Positions 47,197 through 56,940 of a DNA stretch of 64,000 bases are shown piece by piece. The stretch covers positions 1,824,001 through 1,888,000 of the forward strand of contig OZ245015.1 in NCBI GenBank assembly GCA_965223705.1, given 5' to 3'. A program made the position numbers and the translations under genes. Source of the DNA: Myxococcota bacterium (GTDB taxonomy: Bacteria; Myxococcota_A; UBA9160; UBA6930). The notes under the pieces were generated by a model. It did no database searches. It worked only from the letters and a program-made list of their open reading frames with translations, and had not been told where the DNA came from. Positions within the stretch are counted from its first letter, which is position 1, and each line of letters begins with the position of its first letter.

Positions 47197-49029
47197 CTAG
47201 CGGATCTCGCATCCCTCGAGCTCGCCGCTCTCGCGCCAGGCATCGAGGATCTGAAAGAACTTGATCGGGCCCGCACCGTAGCTTCCCGAAAAGAAGCCGT
47301 TCGGGTTCCCGGCCTTGCCCTCGTTGTTGTAGTAGCCCGGTGTGCACTCGGCGCGGAACTTCTCGCCGAGCTTGGCCTTGCTCTCCATTTCGCGCACCCA
47401 CGCTTCTTCGCCTTCGACGGTCGCCTCGACGAGCGTTCCGCCGCGACGCTTGGTCTCGTTCAAGATGTAGGTGACGTGGCGGGCTTGTTCGTTCAGCGCC
47501 ATCGGAACGTTGACGGTCACCGCACTCTGGGTGAAACCGAGGAAGAAGCAGTTCGGAAAACCATGGGTCTGCAGCCCGTGGAGCGTTCGCAGCCCTTCTT
47601 CCCATTTATCGCTCAGCGCCTGTCCGTCGCGGCCGACGATGTCGTAGCCCGCACGGCGCGTGTAGGACGTTCCGACCTCGAACCCGGTCGCGAAGATGAG
47701 GCAATCGAGTTCGTACTCGGTGCCGTTCGCGACGACGCCGCGCTCGTAGATGCGCTCGACGCCGCGGCCTTCCGTGTCGACGAGATCGACGTTCGGCAGG
47801 TTGAAGGTCGGCAGATATTCGTCGTGAAAGCACGGTCGCTTGCAGAACTGCCGGTACCAGGGCTTGAGCTGCTCGGCGGTCGCCGGATCTTCGACGATCG
47901 CCTCTGCCCGCGCGCGCACCGCGTTCATTTTCTTGTAGTCGGCGAGCTCCATCAGCTCCGCGCGCTCGCCCGGCGTGAGGCGTCGACCGAGCGTCCGCGA
48001 TGCCGTCTTCGCCGCGACACCCGTCAGGTTGCGAAAGATGTCCGTCCATCCGTCGGCGACGAGATCTTCGTCTTGGTCGCCGCCCGAGACGAGGGTATTG
48101 AAGTTGTGCATCCGGCGTTCTTGCCAGCCCGGTTGCAGAGACTCGGCCCACTCGGGATCGGTCTCGCGGTTGTTTCGCACGTCGATCGACGACGGGGTGC
48201 GCTGGAAGACGTAGAGATGTTTCGCCGAGGCTCCTAGGTGCGGAATGCACTGCACGGCGGTCGCTCCCGTGCCGATGATGCCGACGCGCTTGTCCCGCAG
48301 ACCCGTCAGGTTTCCGTTCGCGTCGCCTCCGGTGTATGCGTAGTCCCAACGGCTGGTGTGGAACGTGTGGCCTTGGAACCGATCGATCCCGGGGATGCCT
48401 GGGAGCTTCGGCCGAGAGAGCGGCCCGTTCGCCATCGCGACGAACTGCGCGGTCATCCGGTCGCCGCGGTCCGTCTCGATCGTCCAACGCCGCTCCTCCT
48501 CGTCCCATCGCATGCCCGTGACCGTCGTCTGGAGCAACGCGTTGTCGTAGAGACGGAAGTGTCGGGCGATCGCCTTCGAGTGCTCCATGATCTCGGGAGC
48601 GAACGAGTATTTGTGCTTCGGGACGTAGTTGAGCTCTTCCAGCATCGGCAGGTAGCAGTACGACTCGACGTCGCACATGGCACCGGGATAGCGGTTCCAG
48701 TACCAGGTCCCGCCAAAGTCGCCCCCCTGTTCGATGACCCGCAAATCTTCGTAGCCCGCTTCGCGCAGACGGCCGCCCATGAGGAGCCCGCCGAAGCCGC
48801 CGCCGATGATGACGACCTCGACGTGATCCGAGACCGGCTCGCGCGCGGTGCGTGCGCAGTAGGGATCGTCGACGTAGTTCGAGAAGTCGCCTTTGACCTC
48901 GATGTACTGATCGTTCGCGTCGTCGCGCAGGCGCCGATCGCGCTCTTCGAGGTAGCGCGCTTTGAGCGCGGCGGGATCGAAATCGATCTCGCCCAAGGTT
49001 TCGAGAAGTACGTCGTTAAGAGCTGTCAT
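47197..49029 (-). CDS. Baeyer-Villiger monooxygenase (long, cyclododecanone/PtlE-like type)
   Basis: GGGFGG, GGTWYWNRYPG..CD, fingerprint FQGHTFHTSRWD, GTGATA, ATGF. Confidence 0.93.
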   Translation of the reverse strand: MTALNDVLLETLGEIDFDPAALKARYLEERDRRLRDDANDQYIEVKGDFSNYVDDPYCARTAREPVSDHVEVVIIGGGFGGLLMGGRLREAGYEDLRVIEQGGDFGGTWYWNRYPGAMCDVESYCYLPMLEELNYVPKHKYSFAPEIMEHSKAIARHFRLYDNALLQTTVTGMRWDEEERRWTIETDRGDRMTAQFVAMANGPLSRPKLPGIPGIDRFQGHTFHTSRWDYAYTGGDANGNLTGLRDKRVGIIGTGATAVQCIPHLGASAKHLYVFQRTPSSIDVRNNRETDPEWAESLQPGWQERRMHNFNTLVSGGDQDEDLVADGWTDIFRNLTGVAAKTASRTLGRRLTPGERAELMELADYKKMNAVRARAEAIVEDPATAEQLKPWYRQFCKRPCFHDEYLPTFNLPNVDLVDTEGRGVERIYERGVVANGTEYELDCLIFATGFEVGTSYTRRAGYDIVGRDGQALSDKWEEGLRTLHGLQTHGFPNCFFLGFTQSAVTVNVPMALNEQARHVTYILNETKRRGGTLVEATVEGEEAWVREMESKAKLGEKFRAECTPGYYNNEGKAGNPNGFFSGSYGAGPIKFFQILDAWRESGELEGCEIR

Positions 49030-49059
49030 GACGGGAGGTTAGCAGAATCTAATACTCGT

Positions 49060-50298
49060 TCAAAAACGTGCGAGCGCCTCCAGGCGGGATGAGAACAAGC
49101 GTTTGACCGCCTCGTTGTCGGTCAAGTCGCGGGCGCGTTCATATTCGGTGCGGGCTTCTGCGTACCGCTCGAGACGCCGCAGGAGATCCGCACGGGCGGC
49201 GTGGAATTCCGGCGTCTGGTCGAGTGATTCCGCCAGCGCCGAAACGTCGTCGAGGACGGCGTCCGCCGGCTCGATCTGCGCGCGCGCGATTGCCCAATTG
49301 AGTTGCACGACCGGCGAGGGAGCCCGTTCGGCGAGCGCGGCGTACAGCCCCACGATTTGCGTCCAATCCGTCGCCTCGAAACTTTCCGCCTCGGCGTGGA
49401 GAGCGCTGATCGCGGCCTGGATCTGATAGGGGCCCGGTTGTCGGAACGCGAGCGCGTGGCGCAGCGTGGCCGTGCCGTCTTCGATTTTGTCGCGATCCCA
49501 CAGCGCGCGGTCCTGTTCGTCGAGAGGAACGATCGCGCCGTCCGCCGCCACGCGTCCTGGCCTCCGCGCTTCGTGAAGCGTCATCAAGGCGAATAAACCG
49601 TCGTTCTCGGGATGGGGAATGAACTGCCGGAGCAAATCTGCGAGCCGCAGGGCTTCGTGGCAGAGGTCCGCGCGGGTCGCCGCATCGCCGACCGTCGCGG
49701 AGTGACCCTCGTTGTAGATCAGGTACAAGACCGCCTGCACCGCGGCGAGCCTCTCGGGCAACGCTTCGGGCGGGGGCACGCGGTAGGGGATACCCGCGTC
49801 GCGAATCTTTCGCTTCGCCCGCACCAGACGCTGGGCCAGCGTGGTTTCCGAGACGACGAAGGCGCGAGCGATCTCGCGCGGGGTCAAACCGGCGAGGGTT
49901 CGCAGCGTCAACGCGACCTGGTGTTCCCGACGCAGGGCGGGGTGGCAGCACGTGAACATCAAACGCAGGCGCTCGTCGGGGATCCCTTCATCATCGTGCT
50001 CGTCGAGGAGCGCCTCTTCATGGGAAACCGCGTTCATCGCGGCCGCGCTCTTTTGACGTTGCGCGCTGCGCCGCATCCGGTCGATCGCGCGACGGCGAGC
50101 GACTGTCAGGAGCCAGGCGCCCGGTTTGCGGGGCGAGCCCTCGCGCCGCCACGTCGACAGCGCCTGGGACACGGCGTCTTGAAGCGCTTCCTCCGCGAGA
50201 TCGAAGTCTCCGAAGCGCGCGATGAGCGAAGCCAACACCTGGCCCGATTCTTCGCGAAAAACTCGGGCCAGGTGTTCGTCTGACGGCGATTCACTCAC
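49060..50298 (-). CDS. ECF sigma factor with C-terminal extension (ECF42-like, DUF6596/TPR)
   Basis: DFDLAEEALQDA, DERLRLMFTCCHPAL, YLIYNEG, GPYQIQAAI.A.H; coupled to a YCII gene. Confidence 0.92.
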   Translation of the reverse strand: MSESPSDEHLARVFREESGQVLASLIARFGDFDLAEEALQDAVSQALSTWRREGSPRKPGAWLLTVARRRAIDRMRRSAQRQKSAAAMNAVSHEEALLDEHDDEGIPDERLRLMFTCCHPALRREHQVALTLRTLAGLTPREIARAFVVSETTLAQRLVRAKRKIRDAGIPYRVPPPEALPERLAAVQAVLYLIYNEGHSATVGDAATRADLCHEALRLADLLRQFIPHPENDGLFALMTLHEARRPGRVAADGAIVPLDEQDRALWDRDKIEDGTATLRHALAFRQPGPYQIQAAISALHAEAESFEATDWTQIVGLYAALAERAPSPVVQLNWAIARAQIEPADAVLDDVSALAESLDQTPEFHAARADLLRRLERYAEARTEYERARDLTDNEAVKRLFSSRLEALARF

Positions 50299-50621
50299 GC
50301 GCTGACGAGAATGGGCCGGACTTCGATCGTGCCGCCTTGGGCGTCGGGGATGCGCGCGGCGATCTCGATCGCTTCGTCGAGGTCGCTGCACTCGAGGACG
50401 TAGTAGCCGCTCAGTTGCTCTTTGCTCTCAATGAACGGTCCGTCCGTCGTCATGGTGTTGCCATCGGCGCCAACCCGGACACACGTCGCGGTGCTCGCCG
50501 GTTGAAGCGCGTTCCCGGAGTGGAAGTTTCCCTTGGCGATGATGTCCTGGGTGAACGGCCCGTAGGCTTCCATCCCTTTATCGCTTTCGGGGTCGCAGAA
50601 GATCAGGGCGATGTACTGCAT
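50295..50621 (-). CDS. YCII-related (DGPF) protein
   Basis: TDGPFIESKEQLSGYY, EVRP. Confidence 0.92.
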   Translation of the reverse strand: MQYIALIFCDPESDKGMEAYGPFTQDIIAKGNFHSGNALQPASTATCVRVGADGNTMTTDGPFIESKEQLSGYYVLECSDLDEAIEIAARIPDAQGGTIEVRPILVSA

Positions 50622-50708
50622 CGTTTGGGTCTCCTATGCGGCGCGTTGTGGCGCCGTCAACGGAACGTCGCGCGAGCCCGGCGAAAAACGACACACGCCG
50701 CAGGCGGG

Positions 50709-51539
50709 CTAGGCGCCGCGGAAGTTCGGAGGCCGCTTTTCGAGGAAGGCTCGGACCGCTTCGCGGTGATCTTCCGTTTCCCGGCAACGAATGAGCCGCT
50801 CGGCTTCGCGACGCAGCGAATTGCGCAGATCGCCCCCAATCGCGTCGTTGAGATTGGACTTCATGTGCTGGAGAGCGATCGGGGGCCCGGCGGCGATCTT
50901 CGCGGCCAGCTCCTGGGTGTGCTTCTCCAAGTCCGCGTCGGGCACCACCGCGTTTACGATGCCCAGTTCCGCGCACTCGGCGGCAGGAACCCGTCGGGCC
51001 GTGAAGTAGAGCTCTTTGGCGATCGACGACCCGACGAGACGGGTCAGAAACCAGGTGCCGCCGTAGTCGCCGGAGAGGCCGATGTTCGCAAAGGCGGTCG
51101 TGATGAAAGCGCTCTCGGCTGCGATCCGGAGGTCGCAGGCGAGGGCGATCGACAGTCCGGCCCCGGCGGCGGCGCCGGGAAGGGCCGCAATCGTCGGCTT
51201 GCTGAGCTCGTGCAGACGGAGGCTCAGCGTCTCTTCCCCTCGAACGAGATCGCGAACCAACTCGTCGCGCGACCGGGTGGGTCGGGTGTCCGCCTGTCTC
51301 GCGCTCATGGCGGACACGTCTCCGCCCGCGCAAAAGGCGGTTCCGGCACCCGTCAACACCACGCAGCGCACTTCGGCGGATTGGTCGAGCTGAAGCAGGA
51401 TCTCGCGCAGCGCCGGCGTCAACTCGTTGGACAGGGCGTTGCGTTTTTCCGGGCGATTGAGCGTCACGGTCGCGACGCCGTCTTCGACGCGACACAAAAG
51501 TTGGTCGGTACCGGTGTCGAGGGATGTCATAGGATTCAC
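50709..51539 (-). CDS. enoyl-CoA hydratase/isomerase
   Basis: LNRPEKRNAL, AFCAGGD, AAGAG.S.ALACD, GLSGDYGG. Confidence 0.92.
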   Translation of the reverse strand: MNPMTSLDTGTDQLLCRVEDGVATVTLNRPEKRNALSNELTPALREILLQLDQSAEVRCVVLTGAGTAFCAGGDVSAMSARQADTRPTRSRDELVRDLVRGEETLSLRLHELSKPTIAALPGAAAGAGLSIALACDLRIAAESAFITTAFANIGLSGDYGGTWFLTRLVGSSIAKELYFTARRVPAAECAELGIVNAVVPDADLEKHTQELAAKIAAGPPIALQHMKSNLNDAIGGDLRNSLRREAERLIRCRETEDHREAVRAFLEKRPPNFRGA

Positions 51540-51564
51540 GGTAGCACCTCGGGAGAACCAAGAG

Positions 51565-52302
51565 ATGTACGACTATCTGAAGCTCGAGCGCTCGGACCGG
51601 ATCGCGACCGTGACGCTGAATCAGCCGGAGAAACGAAACCCGATTCACGAGGGCATGCTCGCGGAGTTCGAGCGGATCCTCGCGGAGCTGCGAGACGATG
51701 CGGAAACGCGGGTCGTCGTGGTGACGGGTGCGGGCCCGGCGTTTTGCGCCGGCGCGGATCTGTCGGTAATCGCCGATGTCGACGACCCCGAGGCGCGGCA
51801 GCGCTTGTTCGCGAAAGCGCGCAGCCGACGCATTCGGCTCATCGCGCGCACCTTCGGCATGCTCGAGCAGCTCGAACAGCCGACCATCGCCGCCGTGAAC
51901 GGCCCCGCCGTCGGCGGAGGATGGGGGCTGGCTCTGGCGTGCGATTTTCACCTCGCCGCGACGGGGGCGCGTTACTGGTTCCCGGAGGTCGATCTCGGGG
52001 TGCCGCTCAGTATGGGCTCTTGCGCCCGGCTGTTCGGAATGGTCGGCACCGCTCGGGCGAAGCGGATCGTCCTGACCTGCAGTCGTCATAGCGCCGAGGA
52101 GCTCGAGGCGTGGGGAATGATCCACCGCGTGGTACCGCCCGCAGAGCTCCAGGGCGCAGCCGTCGAGCTCGCCGAGCAACTTCTCGCGAAGGAGCCACGA
52201 GCGCTTACGACCTCGAAGCTGCACGTCAATATTCTCGCCGCCGTCGCCGCGCGCGAAGGCGGGGTCTACGACCCCGACGTGTTCATCCACAAAACGAGGT
52301 AG
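51565..52302 (+). CDS. enoyl-CoA hydratase/isomerase
   Basis: AFCAGADL, AAVNG.AVGGG..LALACD, FPEV.LG. Confidence 0.92.
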   Translation: MYDYLKLERSDRIATVTLNQPEKRNPIHEGMLAEFERILAELRDDAETRVVVVTGAGPAFCAGADLSVIADVDDPEARQRLFAKARSRRIRLIARTFGMLEQLEQPTIAAVNGPAVGGGWGLALACDFHLAATGARYWFPEVDLGVPLSMGSCARLFGMVGTARAKRIVLTCSRHSAEELEAWGMIHRVVPPAELQGAAVELAEQLLAKEPRALTTSKLHVNILAAVAAREGGVYDPDVFIHKTR

Positions 52303-52303
52303 C

Positions 52304-52729
52304 ATGCTGCGAATGGCCCGCCTCGACGAACTTCGCGCTGGAGATTCGCTCCCCGAGCGCACCTTCGAACCGAACGAAGTGGAGCTTTTCTTCTTCAACG
52401 CGTCGCTTTGGAACGGGCACCGCATTCACTACGACGCGCCCTACAGCGAAAGCGTCGAGGACTACCCAGCAATTGTCGTCGACGGGCCGCTCCAGGGTGA
52501 TTGGCTCAGTCAAGTTGTGACGGACTGGCTCGGTCCCGACGGGCGAGTGCTCGAGTTCGGTTACAGCAATCGAGGCGCCGCGTTCGTGGGCGAGCGGTTG
52601 ACAGCGGGGGGTGAGATCGAGTCGGTCGAGCCTCGCGCGCAAGAAGTGAAGCTTCGACTGACGCTTCGCAAAGACGACGGAACGCTGACGACGACGGGCG
52701 AAGCCCGCGTCCGTTTGGAAACGCCTTAG
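52304..52729 (+). CDS. MaoC-like hotdog-fold dehydratase
   Basis: N.HRIHYD..Y....E.YP..VV.GPLQ. Confidence 0.85.
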   Translation: MLRMARLDELRAGDSLPERTFEPNEVELFFFNASLWNGHRIHYDAPYSESVEDYPAIVVDGPLQGDWLSQVVTDWLGPDGRVLEFGYSNRGAAFVGERLTAGGEIESVEPRAQEVKLRLTLRKDDGTLTTTGEARVRLETP

Positions 52730-52741
52730 GCGAGGGAGTCG

Positions 52742-53524
52742 ATGGCCAACTACATCTCGGTAGAAGAAGCGCGAAATCGGACGGGACTACGCATTGTTGT
52801 GTCGCCCGGGCTCCCGGCACCTTGGACGGAATCGTGCAAGAACATCTATCAAATCAAAGGGCTCGATTTCGTGCTCGCGGCGCAGGAGTTCGGTCAGGAG
52901 AGAGGCGCACTCTACGACTGGTCGGCCCAGACGTCGGCGCCCGTCGTCGCGTGGGAATCCGAGCGCCCGCGCTCGACGTGGATCGAACAGCTCTACCTGG
53001 CCGAGAGACTGTCCGACACGCCCCCGCTCATCCCCGAAAGCACCGAAGAGCAGGTACAGATGTTCGGGCTGGGCCATGTCCTTCTCGGCGAAAACGGCTT
53101 CGTCTGGAATCGCCGGCACCAACTGATTGAGGATCTCAGGCGAGAGCCGGAGCTTCTCGGGGAGGCCACAGGTCCGCTCACCGACTACTTCGCAAAGATC
53201 TATCTCTACAACGACGCCGACGCGAAGGCAGCTCTGGGCCGCTGCGTCGCCGTGCTCGAGCTCTTCACCGCGCAACTCGAGCGCCAGCACGCGGCGGGCA
53301 GCCGATTCTTGGTCGGCGACAGGCTTTCCGCGCTCGATATCTACTGGGCGTGTTCAGCGACCCTGGTCGAACCACTGCCGGAAGACGTAAATCCGATGCC
53401 GGCGCATTTCCGCAAGATCTACGCGAATTCCGCGCCGGAAATTCGAGCCGCGGCGGAGCCGCTTTTGATGGCTCACCGCGACTTCATCTACCGGGATTTC
53501 TTGCGACTGCCCCTCGATTTCTAA
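52742..53524 (+). CDS. glutathione S-transferase family protein
   Basis: P.PW.E..K, SAPV, FLVGDRLSALDIYWA. Confidence 0.8.
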   Translation: MANYISVEEARNRTGLRIVVSPGLPAPWTESCKNIYQIKGLDFVLAAQEFGQERGALYDWSAQTSAPVVAWESERPRSTWIEQLYLAERLSDTPPLIPESTEEQVQMFGLGHVLLGENGFVWNRRHQLIEDLRREPELLGEATGPLTDYFAKIYLYNDADAKAALGRCVAVLELFTAQLERQHAAGSRFLVGDRLSALDIYWACSATLVEPLPEDVNPMPAHFRKIYANSAPEIRAAAEPLLMAHRDFIYRDFLRLPLDF

Positions 53525-53542
53525 CGCCTCAAGGAGAGCCCC

Positions 53543-53971
53543 ATGGCCTATTCAGCCTTACTCGAACGCACCTTGCCCAAGACCCGAAGTGAGGTCTTCG
53601 CCGCGCTGGCGGATTTCGGCGGAATCGGGCGAATCGTTCCCCAGATCGTGAAGAACGTCGATCTCGCGGGCAGCGGCATCGGTTCCTGCCGCACGGTCGA
53701 ACTCAATCCGGACAGCGGTCTTCGAGGGACCGTCGTCGAACGCGTCGAGGTGTCTCACGACGAGCGGATCTTCTCCTACTCGATCATCGGCGAAAGCCCG
53801 CTCCCGCTCTCGGACTACGTCGCCGTCGTCGAGCTCGAGGACGCGCCGAACGGCCAGTGCAAGGTTCGCTACGGAAGTAACTGGGTGCCCGACGGCCTCC
53901 CCGAGGCCGAGCTGAAGACCATGTTCGAAGGTCTCTACGGACAAATTCTCGACGGCATCGAAGCGCTGTAG
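53543..53971 (+). CDS. SRPBCC (polyketide cyclase/MxaD-like) family protein
   Basis: DFGG......P, G.G..R, ER......R..SY.I....PLP..DY.A. Confidence 0.85.
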   Translation: MAYSALLERTLPKTRSEVFAALADFGGIGRIVPQIVKNVDLAGSGIGSCRTVELNPDSGLRGTVVERVEVSHDERIFSYSIIGESPLPLSDYVAVVELEDAPNGQCKVRYGSNWVPDGLPEAELKTMFEGLYGQILDGIEAL

Positions 53972-53978
53972 AGCGGCG

Positions 53979-55232
53979 CTAACGGAGTGTGAGTCCGGCG
54001 AGGTCGATCTCGGGCTCGCGCCCCTCGATGCAATCCGCGAGAACGCGACCGGAACCACACGATAGGGTCCAGCCGAGGTGTCCGTGGCCCGTATTCACGA
54101 ACACGTTCGGGATCGGTGTCGCTCCGAGAAGCGGCGTCCCGCTCGGTGTCACGGGGCGAAGCCCCGCCCACGGCTGCGGGGTGCCGGCCGCATAGCACGC
54201 CGCAAACTCCGGGAACACCTCGATCGCGTTGTCGACGATGGCTCGGCAGCGCCGGGGATCCGGCGTCGCGTCGTAGCGCGTGACTTCCGCTGAACCGACG
54301 ACGCGCAGCCGGTCGCCGATGGGTGCCAGCGCGTAGAACCGGCTCTCGTCGATCACCGGCATTCGCGGCGGGCGTTCCCAAGCGGTTGCCTCCACCGTGA
54401 CCGACACGCCTTTTACGGGATAGACCGGAAGCCTGATTCCCAGAGGACGGAGGAGTTCCGGCGAATGAACGCCCGCGGCGACGACGACGCCGTCGGCTTC
54501 GATGCGATCGCCGTGGAGTATGACGCCCCGAACGGCGCCTCCCGAAACGTCGAGTCCGCGCACGCCGGTCTTCAGATGAAACTCAGCACCTTGCGCGCGG
54601 CAATAGTCGGCGACGGCGTGGGTGAACTTGTAGCAATCGCCCAGTTCGTCACCGGGGAAGTAGATTCCGCCCGCGAGCTGACTCGACGCACCATCGAGCG
54701 CGGGTTCGAGGCGAACGCAGGCCCCTCGGTCGAGCACTTCGAAACGCATACCGTGATCTCGCATCGACTCGCTGAGTTCGGCAGCCGCGTCGAGGGCGGA
54801 CGCTTCGGTATAGATCTTGATGCACCCCTCGGTGTTTAAGTCATACGCCGTACCGATGTCGTCGCGGACTTCGCGAAACGACTGCTGGCTCAGCAGCGCG
54901 AGGCGGAGGTTCGCGAGGGTGTTCGCGCGAAATCGCTTCGGTTGACACTCGCGCAGAAACGCCGTGCCCCAGCGGAGGACGTGGGGGATGGCGCGCGCCC
55001 GCAGGAGGACCGGCGCTTCTTCCTTGCCGAACCAACGCGCCAGTTGGAGCGGCATCCCCGGCTGCGACCAGGGCATGACCTCGCTCGCGTGAACGATTCC
55101 GCCGTTCGCAAAGCTCGCCCCCACGGCGAGGTCCTCCTCGCGCTCGAGGACGACGACGCGGTGCCCGCGCTTCGTCAAGTAGTAGGCCGTCATCGTTCCG
55201 ATGATGCCGGCTCCGACGACAACGACCTTCAT
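53979..55232 (-). CDS. dadA: D-amino acid dehydrogenase
   Basis: GAGIIG, SFANGG, GDCYKFT, YPVKG.S, WAGLRP.TP, NTGHGHLGWT..CGSG. Confidence 0.92.
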   Translation of the reverse strand: MKVVVVGAGIIGTMTAYYLTKRGHRVVVLEREEDLAVGASFANGGIVHASEVMPWSQPGMPLQLARWFGKEEAPVLLRARAIPHVLRWGTAFLRECQPKRFRANTLANLRLALLSQQSFREVRDDIGTAYDLNTEGCIKIYTEASALDAAAELSESMRDHGMRFEVLDRGACVRLEPALDGASSQLAGGIYFPGDELGDCYKFTHAVADYCRAQGAEFHLKTGVRGLDVSGGAVRGVILHGDRIEADGVVVAAGVHSPELLRPLGIRLPVYPVKGVSVTVEATAWERPPRMPVIDESRFYALAPIGDRLRVVGSAEVTRYDATPDPRRCRAIVDNAIEVFPEFAACYAAGTPQPWAGLRPVTPSGTPLLGATPIPNVFVNTGHGHLGWTLSCGSGRVLADCIEGREPEIDLAGLTLR

Positions 55233-55948
55233 GTCGCGCCTCCCGTTGCTTGGCCGAGCAGAACCCCGACGCCGAACGTGATGCCCCCGGCGAGCAAACC
55301 GAACAGCAACTGTCGGCCGGCTCCTTTCCAAACGGGCTGGTGCGTCACCCGGGTGGCAGCGGCTCCGACGGCGAGCAGTGCCGCGCAGGAAGCGAGCGCC
55401 GACGCGACGAAGGCGTTCTCGAGGATGAGCCACGGCAGGAGCGGCACGGCGGCGCCCGTGACAAACGAAAGAAACGAGTAGAGGGCGGCCCGCACCGGGG
55501 CACCGATTTCATTCGGATTGATACCGAGCTCCATCAGCGCGTGTAGGTGCAGCGCGCTCTCCTTCTTCTCGTGCACCGCGTGGGCCAAGTGGAACGCCAC
55601 GTCCGCGGACACTCCGTTGTCCAAGAGAAGCTGGGTGAGGTCGGCGCGTTCTTCGTCCGGGTAGGCTTCGAGGTGCTCGCGTTCGAGGGCGAGCTCACGT
55701 TGGAAGACCTCGCGCTGGGTCTGCATCGAGACGTACTCGCCCGCCGCCATGGAGCAGCCGCCGGCCAGAAGCCCCGCGACGCCCGCGACAATGACCGTAG
55801 CGGGGTCGCCTTGGCCGGCGGCGACGCCCATGACGAGGGCTCCGTTCGAGACCAAGCCGTCCGAGACGCCGAAGACGCTCGCTCGCAGAACGCCGTCGGC
55901 GCCTCCGGCGGAGTGCTCGCTTCGGTGCGGGTGGGGATCGTCGCTCAC
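55229..55948 (-). CDS. VIT1/CCC1 family iron/manganese transporter
   Basis: LRASVFG.SDGLVSN, AG..SMAAGEYVS, ELG. Confidence 0.92.
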   Translation of the reverse strand: MSDDPHPHRSEHSAGGADGVLRASVFGVSDGLVSNGALVMGVAAGQGDPATVIVAGVAGLLAGGCSMAAGEYVSMQTQREVFQRELALEREHLEAYPDEERADLTQLLLDNGVSADVAFHLAHAVHEKKESALHLHALMELGINPNEIGAPVRAALYSFLSFVTGAAVPLLPWLILENAFVASALASCAALLAVGAAATRVTHQPVWKGAGRQLLFGLLAGGITFGVGVLLGQATGGAT

Positions 55949-56007
55949 AGTGGGCCTCGTCCAATCGGAAGTCGCTCAGAGACCGTAGCTTTGCGTACTA
56001 TTGCGAA

Positions 56008-56463
56008 GTGGCCAGCTTGCTCACGTCGGAAATCCTCGATCACGTCGGTCGCGAGGCGCCGCCGCGGACCGAGACGGTCACGCGACGCGATATTCGCCGC
56101 TACGCGCTGGCCACGCGTCAGCGCGATCCCCGCTTCATCCGCGGGGACGAGGCGCCGCCGCTCTTCTACACCGCGCTCTTCTGGCCCGAAGCACCCCTCG
56201 ACAAGCTGCGACCCGACGGGTTGACTGCCGATGCCCTGCTGCCGGCCCTTCCGCTTCCCCGCGTGATGGCTGGGGGGAGTTCGGTCACGCCTGTTCGGAG
56301 CATCCGCCCGGGCGACGTCCTGGTCGCGACGAGGAAGATCACGGATATCCGCGAGCGGGAGGGGCGGACCGGCCCGCTGATCTTCGTCGAAACGGAAACG
56401 GCTATTCGAACGGCGGACGGCGAGCTGGTGCTCACCGATCGCACCACGATGATTGCGCGCTAA
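56008..56463 (+). CDS. MaoC-family dehydratase N-terminal hotdog protein
   Basis: V.R.DIRRYA.A, APP.F, I.PGD.L...R.I.DI.E..GR.G.L.FV. Confidence 0.82.
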   Translation: MASLLTSEILDHVGREAPPRTETVTRRDIRRYALATRQRDPRFIRGDEAPPLFYTALFWPEAPLDKLRPDGLTADALLPALPLPRVMAGGSSVTPVRSIRPGDVLVATRKITDIREREGRTGPLIFVETETAIRTADGELVLTDRTTMIAR

Positions 56464-56470
56464 GACCTCG

Positions 56471-56905
56471 ATGCTCGACGACTCCGAAGACGATCGCGAT
56501 CGACGCGCCGCCGAAGCAGCCGAGGCCATGATGGGCCGGGACCGAGCGTCTCGCGAACTGGGGATCGAGATCCAGGAGATCCGGGCGGGGTACGCACGGA
56601 TGACGATGTCTGTACGCCCCTGGATGCTCCAGGGAATCGGGGTTTGCCACGGCGGGCTGCTCTTCACCTTGGCGGACACCGCAATGGCCTTCGCGAGCAA
56701 CAGCCACGGGGAGACCCACGTTTCGACCGGCGGGACGGTCGAATTTCTCCGCCCGGGAGAAGAGGGACAGACACTCACGGCCGAGGCGACCGAGCTTCAT
56801 CGAAGCCGCCGAACCGCCGTGTACGACGTCCGCGTCACCGCGGACGACGGCAAGGTGGTCTGCCATTTTCGCGGACGCACGCTCACCGCCCAGGCCAAGC
56901 GATGA
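56471..56905 (+). CDS. paaI: PaaI family thioesterase
   Basis: CHGG.LFTLAD.A.AFA.NS, YDV.V......V..FRG. Confidence 0.85.
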   Translation: MLDDSEDDRDRRAAEAAEAMMGRDRASRELGIEIQEIRAGYARMTMSVRPWMLQGIGVCHGGLLFTLADTAMAFASNSHGETHVSTGGTVEFLRPGEEGQTLTAEATELHRSRRTAVYDVRVTADDGKVVCHFRGRTLTAQAKR

Positions 56906-56940
56906 GTACCGATTCCGCCCGAATCTGTTAGACCCTCGCC

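Noticed and set aside
47197..49029. BVMO as the acetone monooxygenase of a propane/2-propanol pathway
   Set aside because: It is the long (about 610 aa) cyclododecanone/PtlE-like type, lies over 20 kb from prm, and has no linked esterase.
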